Source: a bacterium | Lineage (GTDB): Bacteria; Patescibacteriota; Minisyncoccia; Moranbacterales; UBA2206 | Direction of reading: 5' to 3' | NCBI GenBank assembly: GCA_029567195.1 | Contig: JAKQLJ010000017.1 | Location: forward strand, 1-49,443 | Length of the DNA: 49,443 nt | In this document: positions 1-8,637 of the stretch, in pieces | Layout of the letters: every line of letters begins with the position of its first letter | Position numbering within the stretch: the first letter of the stretch is position 1 | Program-made: the position numbers and the translations under genes | Notes under the pieces: generated by a model | The model's database searches: none | What the model was told of the DNA's origin: nothing | What the model saw: only the letters and a program-made list of their open reading frames with translations

Positions 1-150
1 AAAAAATAAAAGAAAAATAAAATTATTTGGCCAGTATGATAAAGAATACTCAAGCAATAAGCATTGTTTGTATTTGACCGAATTTTAATAAAACTTCATA
101 ATGGGGAATAATAAAGAGGAATATGCATTAAAATTAACCGAACAATACCG

Positions 151-807
151 ATGCTAAACGACACTGCTTCAAAAAATGAAAAAAGCAGATCGGAAGTTAC
201 CGAAGAAAAAAAAGAAAAAAGAAACAGAGAAGGGATTATTGATAATGAATTGGTAAGGATGGTGAAGGAAGAAAATCAGGAAAAATATGCGGAAATCATC
301 GAAAGGTATCGAGGCAAACTTTTTGCCTATTTGTATCGTTTAATTGGAGAAAAAGAGGAGGCGGAAGATCTGCTTCAGGATGTTTTTATCAAAGCTTATC
401 GTAATCTTTCCAGCTACGATGCCAACAGAAGATTTTCTTCTTGGATTTATCGCATAGCTCACAATGAAGCGGTCAATCATATAAAGAAAAAATCACTGAG
501 AAAATTCATTCCTATTGATAACATTGTTTCTACCAAAGATAAGCTTAATTTTTCCAGTAATGAGGAAGATGCGCAAACCTCTTGGATCAGGAAGGAAACC
601 AATAAGGAGCTGGATGATGCCATCAACAAGCTGCCCCTAAAATACAAACAGGTCTTGGTATTACGTTATTATTCGGACAAGTCTTATGAAGAAATAGGCG
701 AAATATTAGGCAAGCCGGTAAATACCATAGGAACGCTTATTAAAAGGGCAAAAAACAGATTGTCATTGGAATTAAGCAATCCAAATAGCAGAGGATTGGG
801 GGATTGA
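151..807 (+). CDS. ECF-type sigma-70 RNA polymerase sigma factor (SigW/RpoE-like)
   Basis: Region 2 motif AEDLLQDVFIKAY...FSSWIYRIAHN and region 4 LPLKYKQVLVLRYY..SYEEIGEILG.PVNTIGTLIKRAK. Confidence 0.93.
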   Translation: MLNDTASKNEKSRSEVTEEKKEKRNREGIIDNELVRMVKEENQEKYAEIIERYRGKLFAYLYRLIGEKEEAEDLLQDVFIKAYRNLSSYDANRRFSSWIYRIAHNEAVNHIKKKSLRKFIPIDNIVSTKDKLNFSSNEEDAQTSWIRKETNKELDDAINKLPLKYKQVLVLRYYSDKSYEEIGEILGKPVNTIGTLIKRAKNRLSLELSNPNSRGLGD

Positions 808-897
808 TTATTTTTTTTCTTTATGCTAATATCTTCTTGTTGATTAAAAAAGTGCTTTTTGGCACTTCTTTAATTAAATTTAAAAGTTTAAATTATC

Positions 898-969
898 GGC
901 CTCATCGTCTATCGGTTAGGACATCAGGTTTTCATCCTGAAAAGAGGGGTTCGACTCCCCTTGAGGCTA
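898..969 (+). tRNA. tRNA-Glu(TTC)
   Basis: Acceptor GGCCTCA/TGAGGCT, anticodon arm TCAGG-TTTTCAT-CCTGA, T-loop GGTTCGACT. Confidence 0.95.
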
Positions 970-1129
970 CACACTAAAATGAGGTTAATTCAAATCCTTG
1001 TTTTTTGTTGCCTTTGGTGAAGGCTGGAACTTTTTGATCGTTGATTTTTTTTAACTTGCAATTATTAATTTTTAATGATTTAATAAATTGCCAACTTCTT
1101 TAACAACCAACTAAAAGGAGATTATAGAT

Positions 1130-1351
1130 ATGGAAATCAGGGTGGAAGTCGAAATCAACAGTTGTAGCGATTGTAATAAACATTATCTCTACACATGCGA
1201 AGGTTCATTTTGCAAACACCCTAGAATACAGGAATTACTTGGGGGAAAAAACGGTCTGATCAGTAATGGCTTCGTTGGTAAAGGATTTCCTGCATGGTGT
1301 CCTCTCAAGCCTGAAAATGAAAATACTGATTTGAGAAAGTATCTGAAGTAA
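1130..1351 (+). CDS. Small Cys/His-rich hypothetical protein (possible zinc binding)
   Basis: AAAGGAG RBS; CSDC...C...CKHP...FPAWCPL; followed by a terminator. Confidence 0.7.
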   Translation: MEIRVEVEINSCSDCNKHYLYTCEGSFCKHPRIQELLGGKNGLISNGFVGKGFPAWCPLKPENENTDLRKYLK

Positions 1352-1385
1352 TAGCCAAATAGGTATTGTGATAAATATCTATAGG

Positions 1386-1415
1386 AACGGTCGAGATTAA
1401 TCCCTTGGCCGTTTT
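1386..1415 (+). terminator. Intrinsic terminator
   Basis: AACGGTCGAG/CTTGGCCGTT stem plus T run. Confidence 0.6.
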
Positions 1416-1617
1416 AAATTTTAATTAAAACACAACATTGAAATTCTTTGACTTCCTTCCACTTATATTAATGTGTTCTATCCTCTAATGGCAGATATAA
1501 TAATGATATTTAAGCGATATTTTCTGTATATTTCATTTGTTTTCCGAATAATTGCCACTCTTTTAGTTCCGTAATAAGCTGGTTCCAAGAGTTTCCAACT
1601 TAGGCTACGAATTTACG

Positions 1618-1644
1618 AAAAATGGCTACAGTCAGCCATTTTTT
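1618..1644 (+). terminator. Terminator hairpin just after att core 1602-1608
   Basis: AAAAATGGCT-acagtc-AGCCATTTTT. Confidence 0.6.
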
Positions 1645-1810
1645 GTTTATGCTATTGACTTATATTAGTTTTTATGATAAGCTTTTTTGTTGATGAAGTT
1701 CTTTCACATGTCGAGTTGCCAATCATAAATTTGATTTTTTGAATTTATATTTAGCGACTCAAGTTAAAGAAATTATATGCATATAACCAGATGAAAAAAG
1801 GAGGTTGGAT

Positions 1811-2416
1811 ATGTATTACAGGAGCAAGACTTTTGATAATATAAATGTGAAGTTCGGATGTCTTCCTAACGGTCTGCCCGGGAAGATAATATCTCTCAGG
1901 GGAATCGGAAAAACAATGGTATTTCCAAGCTCAGGGTTTAACCCTATGATAGGGAAAAGTTATTGCTGTTTTCTGGTAATAGCAAATACCCAATACATAG
2001 AAGGAAGTAATTGTTTTCCGGTTGCGCATGCAACTGCTTACAGTGATGACGAAGCTGGCTCGGGAGAAGGTTTCACCCATACTTGGAAAAATCGTCACAG
2101 AGAGGTAGGAACTTCTTTGGCTGATTTGGCCATCGGTCTGGCTGGCATTCGTGAGCAACTTCCTGATCAGCGAAAGATCGTGAACCTCGTCGCTGTGCGG
2201 GATTATAAGAGGGCGGTGGTTGTTTTCGCTCCTCAATACCCTGGTCGTGATCCTGTGGTCGATAACTTGCCGTCGATGAGGTTTTTCTACACCAAGGACA
2301 AGCAAGAACTCATTCCTGGAAAGAAATACCGGGCTGAAGAAATTTCAGCCGTTCGCACCGGCAGAAGAAATGCAAGAAATGTGGAAATTGTGGAGGTTGT
2401 TGTAAGGATTTTGTAA
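1811..2416 (+). CDS. Hypothetical protein (island cargo)
   Basis: GGAGG RBS at 1800-1804, ATG at 1811, 201 aa ORF; family not recognised. Confidence 0.7.
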   Translation: MYYRSKTFDNINVKFGCLPNGLPGKIISLRGIGKTMVFPSSGFNPMIGKSYCCFLVIANTQYIEGSNCFPVAHATAYSDDEAGSGEGFTHTWKNRHREVGTSLADLAIGLAGIREQLPDQRKIVNLVAVRDYKRAVVVFAPQYPGRDPVVDNLPSMRFFYTKDKQELIPGKKYRAEEISAVRTGRRNARNVEIVEVVVRIL

Positions 2417-2471
2417 ATGCCTTCACGTTCTTTTCGTGCATCAAGTTATTCTCGATTAGTGGTGCATTGTG

Positions 2472-2503
2472 AGGCGGGAGAGTTTTAAGCTTCCGCCTTT
2501 TTT
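2472..2503 (+). terminator. Intrinsic terminator
   Basis: AGGCGGGAG/CTTCCGCCT plus T run. Confidence 0.7.
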
Positions 2504-2688
2504 ATTTTTAATACTAAAAAGTAGTTTTCAATTTCTCCCAACCTCTTAATTCCGCCATAATCTGGTTCCAACTATTGAGCAAGCAGGCTACTTTTCAAGC
2601 AAAAAACAACTTTCTGCTGTTTTTTGCTTAATTTGCGGATTTTTTAAGCCATTTGCATAAAAACAAGGAAGTTATTATCATTAATGAT

Positions 2689-3510
2689 ATGGTTAAAAAG
2701 CTTTACAAGAAAGTAAAAAGCGTTATTTTCGCCAATCCGTCGTTGCTATATAAAGAAGAGATCCATCTTACTAATAAACCTTTCTTTTTTCAAGGAACAA
2801 ACGGAGAGGCGATTTTGCTTATTCATGGTTGGACATCGACACCCTACGAAGTAAGGCGGCTGGGTATATATCTGAACGAAAATGGCTATACTGTTTCCGG
2901 TCCGATGCTTTCTGGTCACGGAACCGTGCCGAAAGATCTGGAAAATATAAAGTGGAGCAATTGGATGATGGATATCAAAAAAGCTTACGGAGAGCTTAAG
3001 GAAAATCACGAAAAAGTTTATGTTGGGGGAACTTCTATAGGCGCCAGTCTGGCTATCATGTTGGCTAAAGAAAAAGAGGAAATTCCGGGACTGATTTTGA
3101 TGGCTGCTCCGTATAAGGTAAAATTTGAATTTTTGTCCATTCTTTTCGCCAAAATATTCAGTTTGTTTTTTCGATACAATAAAAAATATTATCCGCCGAC
3201 TTTTGGAGTTTCTACCACCATCACTCGCCTTATTGCTTATCAGACATATCCTGTTTCCAGTGCTTTGGAAACCTTCTCCCTCATTAAAATCGCCCGAAAA
3301 AAATTGGAAAAGATAAAAATGCCGGCGTTTTTAATTCAGTCCAAAAGCGATCATATAGTTTCCAAAAACAGCATGGAAAAAATTTATGACAAAATAGGAT
3401 CAAGAATAAAGAAGAAAAAATATATTCACCGTGCTTACCACACCTTTATTTCTGATATAAAAAACGAAAGCGTTTTTGAAGAAATATTGGATTTTATAAA
3501 AAGCAATTAA
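2689..3510 (+). CDS. Alpha/beta-hydrolase carboxylesterase / monoacylglycerol lipase-like
   Basis: LLIHGW oxyanion motif, GHGT, nucleophile motif GTSIG, Asp in SKSDHIV, His in AYHT. Confidence 0.88.
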   Translation: MVKKLYKKVKSVIFANPSLLYKEEIHLTNKPFFFQGTNGEAILLIHGWTSTPYEVRRLGIYLNENGYTVSGPMLSGHGTVPKDLENIKWSNWMMDIKKAYGELKENHEKVYVGGTSIGASLAIMLAKEKEEIPGLILMAAPYKVKFEFLSILFAKIFSLFFRYNKKYYPPTFGVSTTITRLIAYQTYPVSSALETFSLIKIARKKLEKIKMPAFLIQSKSDHIVSKNSMEKIYDKIGSRIKKKKYIHRAYHTFISDIKNESVFEEILDFIKSN

Positions 3511-3548
3511 ATTATCATTACGGCGAGTCTTTATTTGTGGTGAATGAT

Positions 3549-4715
3549 ATGAAAATAGCTATTTTCACCAACAATTATCTTCCCAATCCTTATGGCGTTT
3601 CAGCTTCCATTGAAACTTTTCGCCATGAGTTGGAACGTCTGGGTCATACTGTTTTTATTTTCGCTCCCAAATGGCCGGGATATACTGATGAAAATAAAAA
3701 CGTTTTTCGTTATCCGGCCATCGATATAGAAATTAAAATCCGGTTTCCCATAGCCATCCCGTATTCTCTAAAAATCAGTAAAATTATTAAAAAGCTAGAT
3801 ATTGATGTGATTCATGCCCAGCATCCCAATCTTTTGGGAGGGGCAGCCATGAAATGGGCGAGAAAGCTTGCCCGCCGACGAGGCGGGAAAAAAATTCCCC
3901 TGGTCTTCACCTGGCACACTCTCTATGACCAATATACAAACTTCGTGCCTTTTTTGCCGTCTAAACTTTCCGCTTGGTACATCATCAAAAAGGCGGTTAA
4001 TTTTGCCAACAAAGCTGACGCTGTTGTAGCGCCGACTGACTCCATTATTCCTGTTTTGAAAAAATGGGGGGTAAAAAAAGAAATTGTTCCCGTAGCCACG
4101 GGGGTGATGGAAAAAGAATTCGAAAATCCCGATCGAAAATTAATCAGAGACAAATTCAATATAGCAGATGATGAAATTCTGTTGCTTTTGATTTCCCGTT
4201 TAACTAGTGAAAAAAACGTGGAGTTCGTTCTTGCCTCCATAAAAGACATTTTGAAAAACCGCCAAAATGCGAAATTATTGATTTCTGGTGGCGGATATCT
4301 GGTGCCAAAAATAAAAGAATTCATCAAGCAGGAAAAATTAGAAGAAAAAATTATTCTTACCGGAGTGGTGGAAAGGAAGGAAATTAAAAATGTTTTTGCT
4401 GCCGGAGATATTTTTGTTTATGGCTCGAAATCGGAAACCCAGGGAATGATTTTGACGGAAGCCATGTATTCCGGACTTCCTGTGGTGGCTGTCAACGCTA
4501 CCGGCTCCAATAGCTTGGTGTTAAATAATGCCAGCGGTTTTTTAGTGAAAGAAGACAAAAAAGAGTTTGGAAATGCCGTGGAAAAATTGATAAACGACAA
4601 AGATTTACGCCAAAGGTTCGGCGAAGCAGGCAAAAAAATCGCCCAGGATAATTTTACCAGCGCCATTTGCGCCAAAAAGATGCTGGGGGTGTATGAAAAG
4701 TGTCTGAACCACTGA
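3549..4715 (+). CDS. Glycosyltransferase family 4 (diacylglycerol glucosyltransferase-like)
   Basis: MKIAIFTNNYLP..GV, HTLY, SRL..EKN and ETQGMILTEAM motifs. Confidence 0.9.
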   Translation: MKIAIFTNNYLPNPYGVSASIETFRHELERLGHTVFIFAPKWPGYTDENKNVFRYPAIDIEIKIRFPIAIPYSLKISKIIKKLDIDVIHAQHPNLLGGAAMKWARKLARRRGGKKIPLVFTWHTLYDQYTNFVPFLPSKLSAWYIIKKAVNFANKADAVVAPTDSIIPVLKKWGVKKEIVPVATGVMEKEFENPDRKLIRDKFNIADDEILLLLISRLTSEKNVEFVLASIKDILKNRQNAKLLISGGGYLVPKIKEFIKQEKLEEKIILTGVVERKEIKNVFAAGDIFVYGSKSETQGMILTEAMYSGLPVVAVNATGSNSLVLNNASGFLVKEDKKEFGNAVEKLINDKDLRQRFGEAGKKIAQDNFTSAICAKKMLGVYEKCLNH

Positions 4716-5184
4716 TTAGCACTGATGGGCACATGATGACACTTGATTTAAGAAAATGGAAAAATATATAAACAAAAATTATTATAAATCAGATATAACT
4801 GCAAAAATAATCGGTTGTGCCCAAAAAGTTCATCGGCAACTTGGCAACGGTTTTCAGGAAGTGATTTACCAAAGATCTCTAGAAATAGAATTCGAGAAGG
4901 AAAAATTAAAATTTGAAAGAGAGAAAGAAATGGATATATTTTATGAAGATAAGTTAATTGGCAATAGAAGAGTGGATTTTCTTGTTGATAAGGATATTAT
5001 GGTTGAATTGAAAGCAATAACGAAATTAGAAGATGTGAATATTGCGCAACTCATAAATTATATCGAAGCTTATAAAGTTAAAGTTGGTTTACTTATTAAT
5101 TTCGGAACAAAAAGCCTGCAAGTAAAAAGATACATAAAATAATTTCAGTGAAATCACGTGTGCTCAGGTGATAATCAGCGGTTC
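4706..5184. repeat. About 40-bp imperfect inverted repeats (4706-4746 and 5144-5184) flanking the GxxExxY gene
   Basis: GAACCACTGATTAGCAC... versus reverse complement of the right flank GAACCGCTGATTATCAC... Confidence 0.7.
4756..5142 (+). CDS. GxxExxY protein (PD-(D/E)xK nuclease-like)
   Basis: LGNGFQEVIY, RVDFLV..IMVELKA, AQLINY, GLLINFG. Confidence 0.92.
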   Translation: MEKYINKNYYKSDITAKIIGCAQKVHRQLGNGFQEVIYQRSLEIEFEKEKLKFEREKEMDIFYEDKLIGNRRVDFLVDKDIMVELKAITKLEDVNIAQLINYIEAYKVKVGLLINFGTKSLQVKRYIK

Positions 5185-5188
5185 TGAT

Positions 5189-7321
5189 TTATTCCAAATG
5201 AATATGTTTTGAAAACCTTTCAAGTTCGTCTGCCAAAAGCGGATGTTTTTTTAATCGGGGATCAAGATGCATGATGCTTTGCGCTTCTTCACGGGCGCAC
5301 TTAACAAGTCGGATATTGGTAAGATTTTCCATAGTGATGTCAGGCAAACCTGATTGCAGAGTCCCAAAAAATTGTCCGGGACCCCTAAGCTCAAGATCGA
5401 TTTTGGAAATTTCGAAGCCGTCATTGGTTTTTTCCATTGCCTTGAGCCGGGAAACGGATTTTGTAGAAGAATTTTCCGTGAAAAGAAAACAATACGACTG
5501 ATGTTCTCCTCGGCCGACGCGGCCGCGGAATTGATGAAGCTGAGACAGGCCAAACCTCTCGGCATTTTCAATGATCATTACAGTGGCATTAGGGATATCA
5601 ATTCCGACTTCTACGACTGAAGTAGAAACCAGGATTTGAGTTTTTTTGTTTTTAAATTCCTTCATAATCTTTTCTTTTTCTTTGGCTTTTAACCGGCCAT
5701 GCATAAGACCGATTTTAAATTCGGAAAATATTTCAGATAATTTTTTATACTCTTCAGTGGCGGCCTTGACTTCAGACAAGACTTTTGATTCCTCAACCAG
5801 CGGAAAAATAACAAAAATCTGCCGACCAGAAGCAATCTCATGCCGGATAAAATTATAAATTTCTTTTCGTCCGGCCGGAGTGACGATCTTAGTGACGATC
5901 GGTTTTCTGTTGCGCGGCATTTCATCGAGAATCGAGAGGTCCAGACTGCCAAAAAAGGCAATAGCCAAAGTTCTTGGAATAGGGGTGGCGGTCATAGTGA
6001 GGAGATGGGGAATGGTATTATTTTTACCGTCACTTATATGCATAGTTTCACCCTGAAGCATAGCGCGTTGAGCGACACCGAAACGATGTTGCTCATCGAT
6101 AATAACCAAGGCTAAATTTTTGAATTTCACGTCTTTTTGAATCAGGGCGTGAGTGCCGATAACCAGATTTGTTTGGCCGGTGGATATTTTTTGGAGAAGA
6201 CCACTTCTCTTTTTATCATTCTTATGAAAGCGAGAATCCAGACTGGATCCCCGATCAGGTCGGGGATGACAATTAATAAGTTTATACGAATTAGTCAGCA
6301 ATGCAATATTAAAATCATAATTTTCAAACAGCTTACAAAAGCTTTCAAAATGCTGGCGTGCCAAAACTTCCGTCGGCGCCATAATAGCCACCTGAAAACC
6401 TGAAGAAATAGCCTGGAGAGATGAAATGGCGGCGACAATAGTCTTTCCCGAGCCAACGTCTCCTTCCAACAGCCGGTTCATCGGTTTGGATTTTTCCAGA
6501 TCCTTTAAGATTTCAAAGGAAGCTTTTCTTTGGGCGTCGGTTAATTTGAATGGCAGACGGGACACAAAATTTTTAATGAGCTCTTCCTCGAATGATATTC
6601 TTATGGAATTATTTTTATCCCATTGGTTTTTTATTTCCAGAGCCTTAAGCTGAACCAGGAACATTTCCTGGAAGGCGAATCGTTTTTGCGCTCTGATAAG
6701 CTTTTCTTTAGAATCGGGAAAATGAATTTGACTTAGGGCGGTATGAATATCATAAAGGTTAAATTTTTTCCTGATTTCAACCGGTAGGACATCGGGAATT
6801 TCACGGGCTGAAATGAGAAGCGGTTTTATCTGCCAACGGATCCATTTGGAAGAAATACCCGAGGTTTCGCTATAGATCGGAACCAGCCTGCCGGTGTTGG
6901 TTGCGTCCCGCGAAGCTTTTTCCCAAGCAGGACTGTTCATTGAAAAATATTTTCCGCGAATTTCCAATTTTCCTGACAATCTGACAATCGCTCTTTCCTT
7001 AAGGCTTTCCAAAATAAAAGGCTGGTTGAACCAAACGGCTTTTAGAGGTGTGCCGTTCTTATCTTGTAAAGTAATTTCAACAACGGTCATTCTGCGCTTA
7101 AAAATACGATTCAACTTCGTTTTTGTTATTTCTCCTTCAACTGTCACGCTTTCACCCAGATGGTCCTGGCTCAGTTCGACGGTTTTAGAAAAATCATCAT
7201 AACGAAAGGGGAAATAAAAAAGGAGATCCCGAACCGTCAGAAGGCCCATTTTTTCTAAAACCTTCTGGTATTTGGGAGTTATTTTGGGAATGGATTTTAG
7301 GGGGGAATCTGGACGAATCAT
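5189..7321 (-). CDS. recG: ATP-dependent DNA helicase RecG
   Basis: Wedge domain, MNRLLEGDVGSGKT, DEQHRFGV, MTATPIPRTL, QFRGRVGRG, DLELRGPG. Confidence 0.97.
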   Translation of the reverse strand: MIRPDSPLKSIPKITPKYQKVLEKMGLLTVRDLLFYFPFRYDDFSKTVELSQDHLGESVTVEGEITKTKLNRIFKRRMTVVEITLQDKNGTPLKAVWFNQPFILESLKERAIVRLSGKLEIRGKYFSMNSPAWEKASRDATNTGRLVPIYSETSGISSKWIRWQIKPLLISAREIPDVLPVEIRKKFNLYDIHTALSQIHFPDSKEKLIRAQKRFAFQEMFLVQLKALEIKNQWDKNNSIRISFEEELIKNFVSRLPFKLTDAQRKASFEILKDLEKSKPMNRLLEGDVGSGKTIVAAISSLQAISSGFQVAIMAPTEVLARQHFESFCKLFENYDFNIALLTNSYKLINCHPRPDRGSSLDSRFHKNDKKRSGLLQKISTGQTNLVIGTHALIQKDVKFKNLALVIIDEQHRFGVAQRAMLQGETMHISDGKNNTIPHLLTMTATPIPRTLAIAFFGSLDLSILDEMPRNRKPIVTKIVTPAGRKEIYNFIRHEIASGRQIFVIFPLVEESKVLSEVKAATEEYKKLSEIFSEFKIGLMHGRLKAKEKEKIMKEFKNKKTQILVSTSVVEVGIDIPNATVMIIENAERFGLSQLHQFRGRVGRGEHQSYCFLFTENSSTKSVSRLKAMEKTNDGFEISKIDLELRGPGQFFGTLQSGLPDITMENLTNIRLVKCAREEAQSIMHLDPRLKKHPLLADELERFSKHIHLE
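6215..6270. repeat. dRS3/RPE-like palindromic element inserted in frame in recG
   Basis: ATCATTC..GAATCCAG-a-CTGGATCCCCGATCAGGTCGGGGATGAC; encodes CHPRPDRGSSLDSRFHKND. Confidence 0.75.
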
Positions 7322-7414
7322 ATATTATTTAGTATAAGGTATTATGTATAATGTATAAAGCGGCGTAAAATATTAAGGATGGCATCAGGGTAAAAATTTG
7401 TAATATAAAAAACT

Positions 7415-8233
7415 ATGGCTGGTAAAAAATCAATCGGCATTTTTGATTCCGGATTTGGCGGACTCAGTGTTATGAAGGGCATTTTGAAAGAATTGCCCCA
7501 ATATGATTATGTTTATCTTGGCGATACCGCCCGAGTGCCTTATGGCACGCGTTCAAAAAATACAATCTACCGATTTACCAGACAGGCGGTGGATTTTTTA
7601 TCACAGAAAAATTGCGGACTTATCATTTTGGCTTGTAACACTGTTTCCAGCGAGGCTTTGTGGAAAATTCAACACGAATATGTTCCTCAAAAACATGGAG
7701 GCGAGAAAGTTCTTGGCGTTCTTATTCCGGCAATAGAGGAGGCGCTGAAAAAAACAAAAAACGGAAAAATAGGCATTATGGCGACGAACGCTACCGTAAA
7801 ATCAAAAGCTTTTTTTAAAAAAACCAAAAAAATTGATTCGCGAATGAAAATTTTTCAGGTGGCTTGTCCGGCTTTAGTGCCGCTGATTGAAGCGGGGAGA
7901 TACAACAGCCCGGAAATGGACGAGGCACTAAGGAAATATTTGAAACTTTTGTCCGGCAAGGAAATAGACACCTTGATTTTGGGCTGCACTCATTATGGAA
8001 TAATTGAGGGAAAGATAAGGAAGATAATCGGCCAGCGCTTAAGTGTAATTTCCCAATCAAAAATAATAGCCGGAAAATTGAAAAATTACCTGGATAGGCA
8101 TCCGGAGATAGAAAAAAGTCTCAGGAAAAATAAACGCCGGGTTTTTTATTCCACCGATCCGACTGATAATTTTGGGAATTTAGGAAGTAAATTTTTAGGG
8201 GAAAAAATAAAAGTGCAGAAAGCACTTTTGTGA
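7415..8233 (+). CDS. murI: Glutamate racemase
   Basis: IGIFDSGFGGLSV, PYG, ACNT, LGCTHY. Confidence 0.96.
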   Translation: MAGKKSIGIFDSGFGGLSVMKGILKELPQYDYVYLGDTARVPYGTRSKNTIYRFTRQAVDFLSQKNCGLIILACNTVSSEALWKIQHEYVPQKHGGEKVLGVLIPAIEEALKKTKNGKIGIMATNATVKSKAFFKKTKKIDSRMKIFQVACPALVPLIEAGRYNSPEMDEALRKYLKLLSGKEIDTLILGCTHYGIIEGKIRKIIGQRLSVISQSKIIAGKLKNYLDRHPEIEKSLRKNKRRVFYSTDPTDNFGNLGSKFLGEKIKVQKALL

Positions 8234-8243
8234 TATAATCTCG

Positions 8244-8316
8244 TGCGCTTAGCAGGAATTGAACCTGCGACCTTCTGGACCGCAACCAGACGCTCTATCC
8301 ACTGAGCTATAAGCGC
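8244..8316 (-). tRNA. tRNA-Arg(GCG)
   Basis: Reverse complement reads GCGCTTATAGCTCAGTGGATAGAGCG-TCTGG-TTGCGGT-CCAGA-AGGTCGCAGGTTCAATTCCTGCTAAGCGCA. Confidence 0.93.
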
Positions 8317-8362
8317 TTTTTATTTTTGTAAATCAACGGGATTTATCCGCCTCTGGCAAAAT

Positions 8363-8544
8363 CTTCTGGACCCGTCTGCTTCGCGATTCAACTTATTAAT
8401 GGAATAATTTTAAACTTTATTGTTTATTAATGATATATCAATTAAATAGTTAACTCTTGCTGGCAGGCCGCAACCAGACGCTCCCTGCCTGCATGCCTAA
8501 CGGCATGTAAACCGGCAGGCAGGTATCCACTGAGCTATAAGCGC
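8363..8544 (-). pseudogene. Fragmented duplicate of tRNA-Arg(GCG) interrupted by palindromic insertions at 8372-8468 and 8484-8523
   Basis: Exact tRNA segments cttctggac, cgcaaccagacgctc and tatccactgagctataagcgc separated by hairpin elements. Confidence 0.85.
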
Positions 8545-8637
8545 TTTTATTAAACAATATAAGATATAAAAGATAATATAGCAAGAGAAAAAACACGCAC
8601 TTTGTCGGTCGCGTGTTTTTGATAAATTATCCGAAGA

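Larger units (their letters stand above)
964..2591. mobile_element. Two tandem recombinase-less mini-islands (971-1608 and 1609-2591) at the tRNA-Glu 3' end
   Basis: AGGCTAC core at 964, 1602 and 2585. The last two are preceded by GGTTC at +5 bp spacing relative to the tRNA and encode homologous minus-strand peptides (NSWNQ..EL..W). Confidence 0.7.

Noticed and set aside
8372-8468. Group I or bulge-helix-bulge intron in the tRNA-Arg copy
   Set aside because: Too short for a group I core, the copy lacks the T arm and 3' acceptor strand, and an intact gene is adjacent.
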